Sequence record: MZ375356.1
Direction: 5' to 3' (one strand)
Origin: Escherichia phage T4
DNA: 64,000 nt
The notes beneath the pieces were generated by a model. The model saw only the letters and a list, made by a program, of their open reading frames with translations. It was not told where the DNA came from and searched no databases. Shown one piece after another: positions 19,387 through 30,733 of this stretch; position 1 is the first letter of the stretch; every line of letters starts with the position of its first letter. Position numbers and translations under genes: made by a program.

Positions 19387-19418
19387 TTATACCACAGTCA
19401 AGAGGAGATGTAAACTGT
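19387..19418 (-). promoter_or_regulatory. T4 early-type promoter upstream of regB
   Basis: GTTTACA ... TGTGGTATAAT on minus strand. Confidence 0.5.
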
Positions 19419-19427
19419 TATTTATCT

Positions 19428-19718
19428 TTAATTGCTAGCTGCTTCGATAGCCGCTTGCTGAAGGTCATCCATAGACATGCCGAACTTAGAAGCAAAGTTA
19501 TCAATTTTCTTTTCGACGGCATTCAAAGGCTTGGCCTGTTTACCTTCATTAGCGCCAGGAAGAGCGAGAATACGCTCTCTGTCAATATAAAGGCTTACAA
19601 GTTTCTTACGGTCTTTATCGGGCAAATCATGAAATGAATGGGCCTTTTTATTTACAGCGGCTTCTAATTTACCTGCGCCCACTCGCGCTTCGGCAATAAA
19701 TTCTTGATATGTTTTCAT
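19428..19718 (-). CDS. internal head protein (IPII/IPIII-like)
   Basis: N-terminal capsid-targeting sequence MKTYQEFIAE; 96 aa, basic. Confidence 0.7.
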   Translation of the reverse strand: MKTYQEFIAEARVGAGKLEAAVNKKAHSFHDLPDKDRKKLVSLYIDRERILALPGANEGKQAKPLNAVEKKIDNFASKFGMSMDDLQQAAIEAASN

Positions 19719-19805
19719 ATGTTTCCTTTAAATATTTTAATTAGTAATTGTCTATTCAAGTAATTGTGAATATACTATCACAATTCCAAGAGAAAGTAAA
19801 CAGCT

Positions 19806-20770
<965 letters not shown>

Positions 20771-20943
20771 TTTAATTTCCTGCATTCAGTGATAAAGTTA
20801 TTTAAATTTTGAGCATATTTCTTTTCATCAAAAATCTTTTGCTGTCTGCGTAACCGCCATGGCATTTCAATGAACATACGCCATATTCCTGATAATACTG
20901 CTGCTGTAAAAATATTAACAAGTAGTTAAAAGAATCCAATCGC

Positions 20944-21159
20944 CTATTCTGTCCATTGGATTTTTATAAAAAAGTAAAATACGAATGATGATATAGGAAG
21001 ACTAATGATATACCACTGACCGTCTTCATTACCCATTACTGCGTAAGTTTCAAACATCGGATGGTCAGGACCGATAACTTTAATATCATTCACCGTACGA
21101 CCGAAATCTTCTGAAACACATTTCATAAAGAAGTTGAAAAGTTCACCGTAATTATCCAT
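20944..21159 (-). CDS. hypothetical protein; start taken at MDNYGELF
   Basis: ORF 20944..21210 with promoter overlapping the first 17 codons. Confidence 0.4.
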   Translation of the reverse strand: MDNYGELFNFFMKCVSEDFGRTVNDIKVIGPDHPMFETYAVMGNEDGQWYIISLPISSFVFYFFIKIQWTE

Positions 21160-21198
21160 TTTATTCTCCAAGTTATTTTCTGTATCAGTAGTTGATAG

Positions 21199-21231
21199 TT
21201 GTAGTACCATGGAAGAACAAGGATGTAAACA
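21199..21231 (-). promoter_or_regulatory. T4 early-type promoter cassette
   Basis: GTTTACA ... TGGTACTACAACTATCAAC on minus strand. Confidence 0.45.
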
Positions 21232-21360
21232 GTTTTGTGAAAAAATTTTTAAAAAGTTTTAGGGAATTCTAGGGCGGAGAGGGGCAATTAAAAGATAGGA
21301 TAATATATTATAAAGGGTATAAACTAAATGATGCCTAGAGAGGTCTGGAAAGGCTTAGAT

Positions 21361-21390
21361 ACCAAAAAGCCCCAACCTTTCGGTCGGGGC
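21361..21390 (-). terminator. rho-independent terminator closing the tRNA/stable-RNA transcription unit
   Basis: Minus strand GCCCCGACCGAAAGGTTGGGGC followed by TTTTTGG. Confidence 0.55.
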
Positions 21391-21440
21391 TAAGCCTTGC
21401 GGCAACCTTGTCGGGGTTCCACCTGCCAAGGCAAGTGTTT

Positions 21441-21705
21441 GTACGAAACGCCGGGATTCGAACCCGGTTATTAAGTAGTTGACGCTACTCAATATTTTTA
21501 AAAGGCCATATCTCAACCATATCCGAACGTTCCGTCAAAAACGCTACTCGGCTTACGGCAAAGATATTTCCTCGAATCGATAATTTGGTGCGCCGTTTCT
21601 GCTGTGATGTAAGAGGGCATCAATAAACGCAAAGATTATTAACGCAATTCCTTACTCAGGGAACATCAGTCCGACGACTTACCGGTAGCGACCCGGTTTC
21701 TCATT
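21441..21705 (-). ncRNA. tRNA-like stable RNA(s), likely counterparts of T4 species 1/2 (band C/D) RNAs
   Basis: Non-coding; perfect T-arm CCGGGTTCGAATCCCGG near 21452-21468 with long-range stem GAAACG/CGTTTC; lies between tRNA-Arg and the terminator. Confidence 0.4.
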
Positions 21706-21780
21706 TGGTATCCCGCCCTGGGATCGAACCAGGACCGCAAACTTAGAAGGATCGTATGCTATCCATTACACCAGCGGGAC
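21706..21780 (-). tRNA. tRNA-Arg (anticodon UCU)
   Basis: Hand-folded cloverleaf, loop CTTCTAA, encoded CCA. Confidence 0.7.
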
Positions 21781-21785
21781 GTAAT

Positions 21786-22445
21786 TTAAAATTTCATTTT
21801 TCGACCTTTAAACCATCCTTCTGGAATTGGGTCAGTTTTCTTAATACGTTTAGAAACTTTTTCATCTAATGAATGAATCCACATCATACCGAATTGGGAA
21901 TTCTTTTCACCTTTCTGGTGATTATTTTTGGCGTGAGATTCTTTCATTTTATTAATAGTTTCAGGAGTATGATGCTTATTTAGATCTGCTATTATTTAAA
22001 AATTTTTCCCTGTATTCAGGAGTTGACCACAAACGTTTAAATACATTTGAACCAATTTTACGATATTTTTCTTGAAGTAAAATATCATTTTCAAAACGTG
22101 ACTTAAACGATAGCTCCTTTTAAGCTAGCATCTTTCTTCTGGTTTAGCATTCCAGGAATATTTACATGATCCCATCCACCTTCACCGCCAAGTTTTAAAT
22201 TATACACATCTGGTCTATTTAAAAACTCTTCTGTGACAATATTTTTCTCGGCTTCAAGCATAGATTCTTTATCGTCAAAATACTCTAATATTTCTTTAGA
22301 AAAATTTTCTATACCATATTTATCTTGGGCTCTTTTTAATAATTTACCAGAACCCATATCCATCATCTAAATTTTCGGTAGAATGCACACCAATATAAAT
22401 TTTATTATTAATTTTATTTGTTATTTTATAAGTGTAATAGAACAT
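21786..22445 (-). pseudogene. segB: segB-like GIY-YIG homing endonuclease gene with multiple frameshifts
   Basis: MFYYTYKITNKINNKIYIGVHSTENLDDGYGF, then frame change to GSGKLLKRAQDKYGIENFSKEILEYF...YNLKLGGEGG, then further frames ...TPETINKMKESHAK... PEGWFKGRKMKF-stop. Confidence 0.6.
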
Positions 22446-22484
22446 AAATCTCCTATTTCTAAGAGTATTTATGTTCTCAAAATA

Positions 22485-22558
22485 TGACCCAGACCAGATT
22501 TGAACTGGTAACCTTTCCCTTATGAGGGGACTGCTGCTAACCATTGAGCTACAGGGCC
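22485..22558 (-). tRNA. tRNA-Ile (anticodon CAU)
   Basis: Hand-folded; anticodon loop CTCATAA. Confidence 0.65.
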
Positions 22559-22559
22559 T

Positions 22560-22635
22560 TGGTGCTGATTGACGGAATCGAACCGCCGACATCCTCATTA
22601 CAAGTGAGGTGCTCTACCTACTGAGCTAAATCAGC
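22560..22635 (-). tRNA. tRNA-Thr (anticodon UGU)
   Basis: Hand-folded; loop CTTGTAA; encoded CCA. Confidence 0.75.
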
Positions 22636-22642
22636 AAAATTA

Positions 22643-22729
22643 CGGAGGCGATAGGATTTGAACCTATGAGTCGCCGGAGCGACTGCCGGTTTTCAAGACC
22701 GGTGCATTAAACCACTCTGCCACGCCTCC
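22643..22729 (-). tRNA. tRNA-Ser (anticodon UGA), long variable arm
   Basis: Hand-folded; loop CTTGAAA. Confidence 0.7.
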
Positions 22730-22731
22730 AG

Positions 22732-22805
22732 TCTCCATACAAGGATTTGAACCTTGGACCTCCTGATCCCAAATCAGGCGCTCTACCAAACTGAGCTACA
22801 CGGAG
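22732..22805 (-). tRNA. tRNA-Pro (anticodon UGG)
   Basis: Hand-folded; loop TTTGGGA. Confidence 0.7.
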
Positions 22806-22815
22806 TAAATTAAAT

Positions 22816-22889
<74 letters not shown>

Positions 22890-22894
22890 AAATT

Positions 22895-22981
22895 TGGTGC
22901 GAGAAGTGGGACTCGAACCCACAAGGAAATCATTCCGCAGCATTTTAAGTGCTGTGCCTTTACCAATTTGACCATTCTCGC
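22895..22981 (-). tRNA. tRNA-Leu (anticodon UAA), long variable arm
   Basis: Hand-folded; loop CTTAAAA; encoded CCA. Confidence 0.75.
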
Positions 22982-22982
22982 G

Positions 22983-23055
22983 CTGGGAATAAAGGACTCG
23001 AACCTTTGCATCTAGCAGTCAAAGTGCTATGCCTTACCAACTTGGCTAATTCCCA
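22983..23055 (-). tRNA. tRNA-Gln (anticodon UUG)
   Basis: Hand-folded; loop CTTTGAC. Confidence 0.75.
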
Positions 23056-23149
23056 ATTATTAACAAAGGCTCTCTAACAAGAACCCTTGATGATAGAGGG
23101 TATTAATCAGTGCGGTATGAGTTAATAACAAATAATTCTTAAAGCATAT

Positions 23150-23425
23150 TTACCATTTATGATGATACGTATTTACGATACATTCAAGACCCAAAGGATT
23201 CTTGAAAATATCATATTCAAGAGGACCTTTTTCTGTTTCAATAAAGAAATCAAAATTTACTGTATTAAATTTACGGTCTTCCTTTACTAATTTAACTTGA
23301 GAAGATGAACGATCAATGTAAACCTTTTCAACTTCAAAACACGTTAAAATGCCATAATCATCAATCAAGGCTTTAGCTGCTTCTTGATCATATTTATCCA
23401 TTTTCAACGGATGATACTTTCGCAT
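23150..23425 (-). CDS. hypothetical protein (91 aa)
   Basis: ORF track. Confidence 0.5.
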   Translation of the reverse strand: MRKYHPLKMDKYDQEAAKALIDDYGILTCFEVEKVYIDRSSSQVKLVKEDRKFNTVNFDFFIETEKGPLEYDIFKNPLGLECIVNTYHHKW

Positions 23426-23429
23426 AAAG

Positions 23430-23846
23430 AATCATCATCAACCTCTATCAACAATAGCATGAGTATGGGCATTTACGATTTGCCACCAGTCGAAACGATT
23501 GGAACCATAATCTGGTTTATTTTCATTTTCTTTAATGATATCACGCAGTTTATCTTCTGTTTCAGCATACGCAATTAAATCATCATATCCACCACAAGGA
23601 TAATAATTATCACCTGCGAATAAAAGAAAATTTACCTTAGATGGATTTACGTAATAATGGTCTTTAGGATATAGTTCCTCTCCAATCAGTTACTTCAACA
23701 TAACGGTAAGAAAATCCATTTTTACTTTCAATCCAACTCCACGCTTCAAAAGGAGTATTAAAAACTTTATCAGGTATTAAATTACCTTCAAAATGAGAAG
23801 GATTTGCATAATCCCCGGCATAAACATAATATTCGTTAATACTCAT
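23430..23846 (-). pseudogene. hypothetical gene apparently split by a frameshift
   Basis: ORF 23664..23846 ends ...YVEVTDWRGTIS-stop; adjacent frame continues LIGEELYPKDHYYVNPSK...NYYPCGGYDDL...VNAHTHAIVDRG for about 80 codons. Confidence 0.4.
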
Positions 23847-24055
23847 TTATTCACCTTTAGAAATTTTATCCATAACGATAGCAATTAAACCAATTAAATG
23901 CTACTACAAGTGAAAACACATTTTCTGCTGTAGTTAATAATCCGCATATAATCCAACAAACATTGAAAAACTAAAAGCAGAAGCAGAAATTGCAATAGCA
24001 ACATTTCGAATTAATTCACAGCGTTTCATTTTATTCTCCTCAGTAGTTGATAGGG

Positions 24056-24088
24056 TAATAGTATCACAGCTAAAACCCTATGTAAACA
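24056..24088 (-). promoter_or_regulatory. T4 early-type promoter
   Basis: GTTTACA ... TGTGATACTATTACC on minus strand. Confidence 0.45.
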
Positions 24089-24105
24089 ACTTTGTGAAAT
24101 ATTTA

Positions 24106-24393
24106 TTACAAAAGATTTTTAGCAATAATCTTGAGATGTGCCGCAGAAATGTGTTTAGCTTTAAACAACGCAGTTTCTTCAGCAGGAGAGATAACGATTG
24201 TAGCACCATCCTTTTTAGCAGACCACCCATCACCTAGGTAAACAGTACCTTTGATTTCTTCGCCATCAACCAGACTAATCATTGGTTTACCTTCTCGTCC
24301 TTTATTTGCTTTAATAACTTCAGAAGTAAGAGTAGCTTCGGTAATGGTAGAAACCGGGGTAGTTGTAGAAGTAAATTCTTTAAATGTTTTCAT
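24106..24393 (-). CDS. ipI: internal protein I (IPI), injected anti-restriction protein
   Basis: 95 aa; mature region ATLTSEVIKANKGREGKPMISLVDGEEIKG... recognised as T4 IPI; 19-aa propeptide ending ITE. Confidence 0.85.
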   Translation of the reverse strand: MKTFKEFTSTTTPVSTITEATLTSEVIKANKGREGKPMISLVDGEEIKGTVYLGDGWSAKKDGATIVISPAEETALFKAKHISAAHLKIIAKNLL

Positions 24394-24421
24394 TTTTATT
24401 TTCCTAATTAATTTTGATGAG

Positions 24422-24455
24422 GTAATAGTATCACTACCTCATCAGTATGTAAACA
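24422..24455 (-). promoter_or_regulatory. T4 early-type promoter upstream of ipI
   Basis: GTTTACA ... GTGATACTATTACC on minus strand. Confidence 0.45.
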
Positions 24456-24466
24456 ACTTTGTGAAA

Positions 24467-25163
<697 letters not shown>

Positions 25164-25164
<1 letters not shown>

Positions 25165-25889
25165 TATAGTACCTTTAGTGTATTTTTAATTTTAGAAAAA
25201 AGTTCTTCAAGAGAACCATCGTTTGTAATTACTAAATCGCCATCACGAATTGGCAATCCAGCTTCTGTAATATGTGTATCATTGGATTTTTGACCAGGAC
25301 GAACTACATGAATTACTGTAGCACCCATCGCCCTAGCCGCATCCATTTCATGATCTTGACGGGTATCAGGAACGATATAATAATCATAACCTGAGTTAAA
25401 TTTATCAAGATAATCTAAAGCAAATAATTTTACCCAGTACATGCGGTCGAAGTTATTAACAATCAAATCCGTACCTAGGGCTTGCATCAGACGACGGACT
25501 GACCATTGATCTTCAATATTATTTATAACGTCAGTAATCTTATTAAATGCTACGAAATTAACTGATTCTTTTCCTTCGTCATCAAAAACAAACACACCTT
25601 TAATTGGGCTTTTACCATTAAGATAACAAAATGCTTGTTCCATAATCGTGATTACTTCTAATTTAGTCAGATTTAAATTAGTCTCACGATCATAGTCAAT
25701 TCCTTCAAACTCTTTACGAGTTAAGCAAGGATAGTCAGTGTTTGCTGCAAATACTCCCCATGCATAAGCCAATGCATCCTTAATAGGACCAGCAAGTTGG
25801 TATTTAACTGCAGAATAATTGCTCATGATAAAATCAGCAGTAGTATCTTTTCCACTACGCTTTACACCGCTTAAAAAGATTAGTTTCAT
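25164..25889 (-). CDS. 1: gp1 deoxynucleoside monophosphate kinase
   Basis: MKLIFLSGVKRSGKDT P-loop; 241 aa from the internal Met of ORF 25164..25928. Confidence 0.85.
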
Positions 25890-25938
25890 GTGTTTCTCCT
25901 CAAATTTAATTAAGATTATAACACACAAAACTGAAGCA

Positions 25939-26469
25939 TTAAACTTCTGCTATAATTTTACCATCTTTTTCTACTTGAAAATAGGTGTAAGGAATTGTTG
26001 CAGTACATACTAAAGCCGGGTCTGAATCTTCCGTGTAGCTAAATTCTACTTCAGATAGGTCAGAAACCCAAGGCTTATAAAAATTTATTGACATCACGAT
26101 TTCAGTTTTGCTATTATCTAAGATGTAAAGCGTAATGTACTCAGGACCTGTTTTTTGGGCAGTATTTTCACCTGTAAGATAGTTGCTAGTTCCTAGCATC
26201 CATTCATACATTCCTATCCACGACTTAAGTTCTTCATCAACTATAAATCTCACAATGAGTGGATCATACTCAAATGTAACACCTGGACGTTGTGCTCGGC
26301 CCAGTCCAAACGGCCCAGTCACGGTATCAGTAACAGGTATTCTAATTCCTGGAATAGGAACTGACTGAGCATTTAAAGTAAAAGCAGATGTAGTATTACT
26401 ATGTGGTATTGATACTACAAAGTTAGTTGTATTTGCTTGGTTAAAAATTTGTTGCAGAGCTTGCGACAT
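25939..26469 (-). CDS. 3: gp3 tail tube terminator / sheath stabiliser
   Basis: 176 aa from MSQALQQIFNQ within ORF 25939..26550; gene order 1-3-2-4. Confidence 0.75.
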   Translation of the reverse strand: MSQALQQIFNQANTTNFVVSIPHSNTTSAFTLNAQSVPIPGIRIPVTDTVTGPFGLGRAQRPGVTFEYDPLIVRFIVDEELKSWIGMYEWMLGTSNYLTGENTAQKTGPEYITLYILDNSKTEIVMSINFYKPWVSDLSEVEFSYTEDSDPALVCTATIPYTYFQVEKDGKIIAEV

Positions 26470-26575
26470 ATATTCCTCATAATGCTTTATAACTGTTGGT
26501 GGTATAATGGGTCTAAGTCCCTTCCATTCAATTCCATTTAGAACAAACAACAGAAAAGAATGGAAGATAATAGAA

Positions 26576-27400
26576 TTAGATATTTGACCAGACTTTGTTT
26601 GCAGAGAAACGTTTTCCTTTTGAAACGAACTGCTGAAGTGGCATCAACACAACGTTCGCCCAGTCTTTCGGGGCGATTTCAACAAGGCTACCCATAATAT
26701 TACCAGGTATATATGCCTTAATCATTTGGTCTGCACCCCTAAATCCTTTCACTTGACTCCAATCAATTTTTAATTTCGTTTTATTAGTAATAGTAGGTGT
26801 ATTTGCATATTGCTTTAAAAGCTCTTCTAGGAATTGCTGACGAGCTTTAGGTGGAATATAGTGCAAGTTTAATCCGTACATTAAATTATGCTTACCTAAA
26901 CCAAGGTAAATTATCAAAGGAAATTTATCCCAGTAAGGAAGAGTTTCCTTGTGTTTAGCATCATAAGCAAAAGCATATATTCGTCCCGGCTGCGGGCGAA
27001 CAACTTTATGTCCTTTTACTTGCTTAATAGTTTCAGCAAACCACTTTCTGGTTTTATTATTAATTGCTGCGCCTTCATTACGAATTTTATCACGCAATGT
27101 TTGTCTGAATGAATTTATCATAAGCAGTTGTCTTTCTTGCTTATTGAGTTTATTCATTGGTTTTGATTCAAGTTTTTGAATCTTTTCAGCCGTTTTAATT
27201 CCTGAAGCATATTTTGACATTGCTGAAGTAAACGTAGAGTATTTGATTCCTCTTTCTTCAGCAAATTGCTTTCCTGTCATTCCTTTTGCTTTGGCCTTTT
27301 TATATTCAAGACCTATCTGAATCCATTTCTTTTCGTTTAATGATTGCTTAACCTTTGGAACTTGGGGAGTGCTTTCATTAATTATTTGAAAAATAGCCAT
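26576..27400 (-). CDS. 2: gp2 DNA-end protector protein
   Basis: 274-aa ORF in the T4 gene 2 position. Confidence 0.8.
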
Positions 27401-27852
27401 TATGCCCCCTTAAAGCCAAGAGCTCGTAATCCATCTTCTGTTAGAATTCTAAATTTTATTCCACGCTTTTCAGCTAAAGATTGTGCTGCTTTCCATTTGT
27501 CAGTGTTCACAGACCAGGTATAAATTTCATTCATAAATCTTTTCTTCGCTGCGGTCGTTAGATGTGCTGGTTTAACTGGTGGTTGTGTTTCTTTTTTAGG
27601 TTTTATTTCAATAAAAAATTCTTGTCCAGAAGAATCTTTCATCCAAATATCCATAAAGTATCTACGTTTTTTCCCTTCTGCATTACAAAAATAAGGAATT
27701 ACTGCTGTTTCACTACCCCATGCAATAATTTCTGGATTTTTATCTAACCATTCAAAAAAGAATTTTTCCCAATTTGATCTATACGTAATTTTTTTAGGGT
27801 CACCTCTATACTTTGATATATTTTTAGGAACCCATTTTCCAGAATATGCCAT
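27400..27852 (-). CDS. 4: gp4 head completion protein
   Basis: 150-aa ORF in the T4 gene 4 position. Confidence 0.8.
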
Positions 27853-27863
27853 TGGATTCTCCT

Positions 27864-27871
27864 TATAAATA
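27864..27871 (+). promoter_or_regulatory. late promoter TATAAATA for gene 53; a second TATAAATA on the minus strand (about 27881-27888) serves gene 4
   Basis: Exact TATAAATA about 30 nt upstream of the gene 53 ATG. Confidence 0.5.
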
Positions 27872-27899
27872 GATAATATATTTATAAACAGGAGGGCCC

Positions 27900-28490
27900 A
27901 TGCTCTTTACATTTTTTGATCCGATTGAATATGCGGCCAAAACGGTGAATAAAAACGCGCCGACTATTCCTATGACAGATATTTTTAGAAACTATAAAGA
28001 CTATTTTAAACGCGCTCTTGCGGGATACCGCTTACGTACTTATTATATTAAAGGTTCACCACGCCCGGAAGAATTAGCAAATGCTATATATGGAAATCCA
28101 CAGCTGTATTGGGTTTTATTGATGTGTAATGATAATTATGACCCGTATTATGGATGGATTACTTCGCAAGAAGCTGCTTATCAAGCATCTATACAAAAAT
28201 ACAAAAACGTAGGTGGAGACCAAATAGTATATCATGTGAATGAGAACGGTGAAAAATTTTATAATTTAATATCATACGATGATAATCCATATGTTTGGTA
28301 TGATAAAGGCGATAAAGCTAGAAAATATCCTCAATATGAAGGAGCGCTTGCTGCGGTCGATACGTATGAAGCTGCTGTTCTTGAAAATGAAAAACTTCGT
28401 CAAATAAAAATAATAGCAAAATCAGACATCAATTCATTTATGAACGACCTTATACGTATAATGGAGAAATCTTATGGAAATGATAAGTAA
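27900..28490 (+). CDS. 53: gp53 baseplate wedge protein
   Basis: 196-aa ORF, position and length of T4 gp53. Confidence 0.85.
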   Translation: MLFTFFDPIEYAAKTVNKNAPTIPMTDIFRNYKDYFKRALAGYRLRTYYIKGSPRPEELANAIYGNPQLYWVLLMCNDNYDPYYGWITSQEAAYQASIQKYKNVGGDQIVYHVNENGEKFYNLISYDDNPYVWYDKGDKARKYPQYEGALAAVDTYEAAVLENEKLRQIKIIAKSDINSFMNDLIRIMEKSYGNDK

Positions 28491-30201
28491 TAACCTTAAT
28501 TGGTTTGTCGGTGTTGTTGAAGATAGAATGGACCCATTAAAATTAGGTCGTGTTCGTGTTCGTGTGGTTGGTCTGCATCCACCTCAAAGAGCACAAGGTG
28601 ATGTAATGGGTATTCCAACTGAAAAATTACCATGGATGTCAGTTATTCAACCTATAACTTCTGCAGCAATGTCTGGAATTGGAGGTTCTGTTACTGGACC
28701 AGTAGAAGGAACTAGAGTTTATGGTCATTTTTTAGACAAATGGAAAACTAATGGAATTGTCCTTGGCACGTATGGTGGAATAGTTCGCGAAAAACCGAAT
28801 AGACTTGAAGGATTTTCTGACCCAACTGGGCAGTATCCTAGACGTTTAGGAAATGATACTAACGTACTAAACCAAGGTGGAGAAGTAGGATATGATTCGT
28901 CTTCTAACGTTATCCAAGATAGTAACTTAGACACCGCAATAAATCCCGATGATAGACCGCTATCAGAGATTCCAACCGATGATAATCCAAATATGTCAAT
29001 GGCTGAAATGCTTCGCCGTGATGAAGGATTAAGATTAAAAGTTTATTGGGATACCGAAGGATATCCGACAATTGGTATTGGTCATCTTATCATGAAGCAG
29101 CCAGTTCGTGATATGGCTCAAATTAATAAAGTTTTATCAAAACAAGTTGGTCGTGAAATTACAGGAAATCCAGGTTCTATTACAATGGAAGAGGCGACGA
29201 CTTTATTTGAGCGTGATTTGGCTGATATGCAACGGGACATTAAATCACATTCTAAAGTAGGACCAGTCTGGCAAGCTGTCAACCGTTCTCGTCAAATGGC
29301 GTTAGAAAATATGGCATTTCAGATGGGTGTTGGTGGTGTAGCTAAATTTAACACAATGTTAACTGCTATGTTAGCAGGAGATTGGGAAAAAGCGTATAAA
29401 GCCGGTCGTGATTCATTGTGGTATCAACAAACAAAAGGCCGTGCATCCCGTGTTACCATGATTATTCTTACGGGGAATTTGGAATCATATGGTGTTGAAG
29501 TGAAAACCCCAGCTAGGTCTCTATCAGCAATGGCTGCTACTGTAGCTAAATCTTCTGACCCTGCTGACCCTCCTATTCCAAATGACTCGAGAATTTTATT
29601 CAAAGAACCAGTTTCTTCATATAAAGGTGAATATCCTTATGTGCATACAATGGAAACTGAAAGCGGACATATTCAGGAATTTGATGATACCCCTGGGCAA
29701 GAACGATATAGATTAGTTCATCCAACTGGAACTTATGAAGAAGTATCACCATCAGGAAGAAGAACAAGAAAAACTGTTGATAATTTGTATGATATAACCA
29801 ATGCTGATGGTAATTTTTTGGTAGCCGGTGATAAAAAGACTAACGTCGGTGGTTCAGAAATTTATTATAACATGGATAATCGTTTACATCAAATCGATGG
29901 AAGCAATACAATATTTGTACGTGGAGACGAAACGAAAACTGTTGAAGGTAATGGAACTATCCTAGTTAAAGGTAATGTTACTATTATAGTTGAAGGTAAT
30001 GCTGACATTACAGTTAAAGGAGATGCTACCACTTTAGTTGAAGGAAATCAAACTAACACAGTAAATGGAAATCTTTCTTGGAAAGTTGCCGGGACAGTTG
30101 ATTGGGATGTCGGTGGTGATTGGACAGAAAAAATGGCATCTATGAGTTCTATTTCATCTGGTCAATACACAATTGATGGATCGAGGATTGACATTGGCTA
30201 A
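28474..30201 (+). CDS. 5: gp5 baseplate hub / tail-associated lysozyme (cell-puncturing spike)
   Basis: 575 aa; internal lysozyme domain EMLRRDEGLRLKVYWDTEGYPTIGIGHL homologous to e; C-terminal VxGxxxxx beta-helix repeats. Confidence 0.95.
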   Translation: MEMISNNLNWFVGVVEDRMDPLKLGRVRVRVVGLHPPQRAQGDVMGIPTEKLPWMSVIQPITSAAMSGIGGSVTGPVEGTRVYGHFLDKWKTNGIVLGTYGGIVREKPNRLEGFSDPTGQYPRRLGNDTNVLNQGGEVGYDSSSNVIQDSNLDTAINPDDRPLSEIPTDDNPNMSMAEMLRRDEGLRLKVYWDTEGYPTIGIGHLIMKQPVRDMAQINKVLSKQVGREITGNPGSITMEEATTLFERDLADMQRDIKSHSKVGPVWQAVNRSRQMALENMAFQMGVGGVAKFNTMLTAMLAGDWEKAYKAGRDSLWYQQTKGRASRVTMIILTGNLESYGVEVKTPARSLSAMAATVAKSSDPADPPIPNDSRILFKEPVSSYKGEYPYVHTMETESGHIQEFDDTPGQERYRLVHPTGTYEEVSPSGRRTRKTVDNLYDITNADGNFLVAGDKKTNVGGSEIYYNMDNRLHQIDGSNTIFVRGDETKTVEGNGTILVKGNVTIIVEGNADITVKGDATTLVEGNQTNTVNGNLSWKVAGTVDWDVGGDWTEKMASMSSISSGQYTIDGSRIDIG

Positions 30202-30730
30202 TATACTTCCAATGAGCGCTGATTTAGGAGAATCCATGGAAGGTTCTTCTATCGACGTCACCTTTACCGCTCAATTAGAAACAGGTGAAACGTTAGTATC
30301 TATAAATATAACTAGTTACGAAGAAACTCCTGGGGTTTTAGTAGAAGAAAATCGCTTATATGGAACATATGAATCTGTATTTGGTTTCGGAAATGACGCG
30401 TTGAAATATCGTTTAGGCGATGAATTTAAAACTGCTGCTTCATGGGAAGAACTTCCTACTGATTCTGATACTCAGTTGTATTTGTGGAAAGCTCCTCAAA
30501 ACCTCCAGAAGACATTCACTTACGAAGTAACATTAATATATGACTACCAAGAACAAAGTGAATCTGGGGGTTCTGGCAGTAATTCTAGGTCATCTTCTGA
30601 TACTACTGAACCGACAGATCCTCCTGCTCCAGTAAGAAAAACTCTAGTTAAAAATTATACTAAAACTATAGTTGGAAATTGGAGTCGTTGGGCTAATAAA
30701 CTGAGAAAATATGCCTATGCAAGACCATAA
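30173..30730 (+). CDS. 5.1: 5.1-like protein
   Basis: 185-aa ORF overlapping the gene 5 3' end. Confidence 0.6.
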   Translation: MMDRGLTLANILPMSADLGESMEGSSIDVTFTAQLETGETLVSINITSYEETPGVLVEENRLYGTYESVFGFGNDALKYRLGDEFKTAASWEELPTDSDTQLYLWKAPQNLQKTFTYEVTLIYDYQEQSESGGSGSNSRSSSDTTEPTDPPAPVRKTLVKNYTKTIVGNWSRWANKLRKYAYARP

Positions 30731-30733
30731 ATA

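Noticed and set aside
21436-21510. Candidate extra tRNA suggested by a GGTTCGAATCC T-loop
   Set aside because: No acceptor stem or anticodon arm could be folded around it; interpreted as part of a tRNA-like stable RNA.
22445-22598. N-terminal extension of ORF 22344..22598
   Set aside because: The first 51 codons overlap tRNA-Ile and tRNA-Thr; the segB-like gene starts at the internal Met (MFYYTYKITN).
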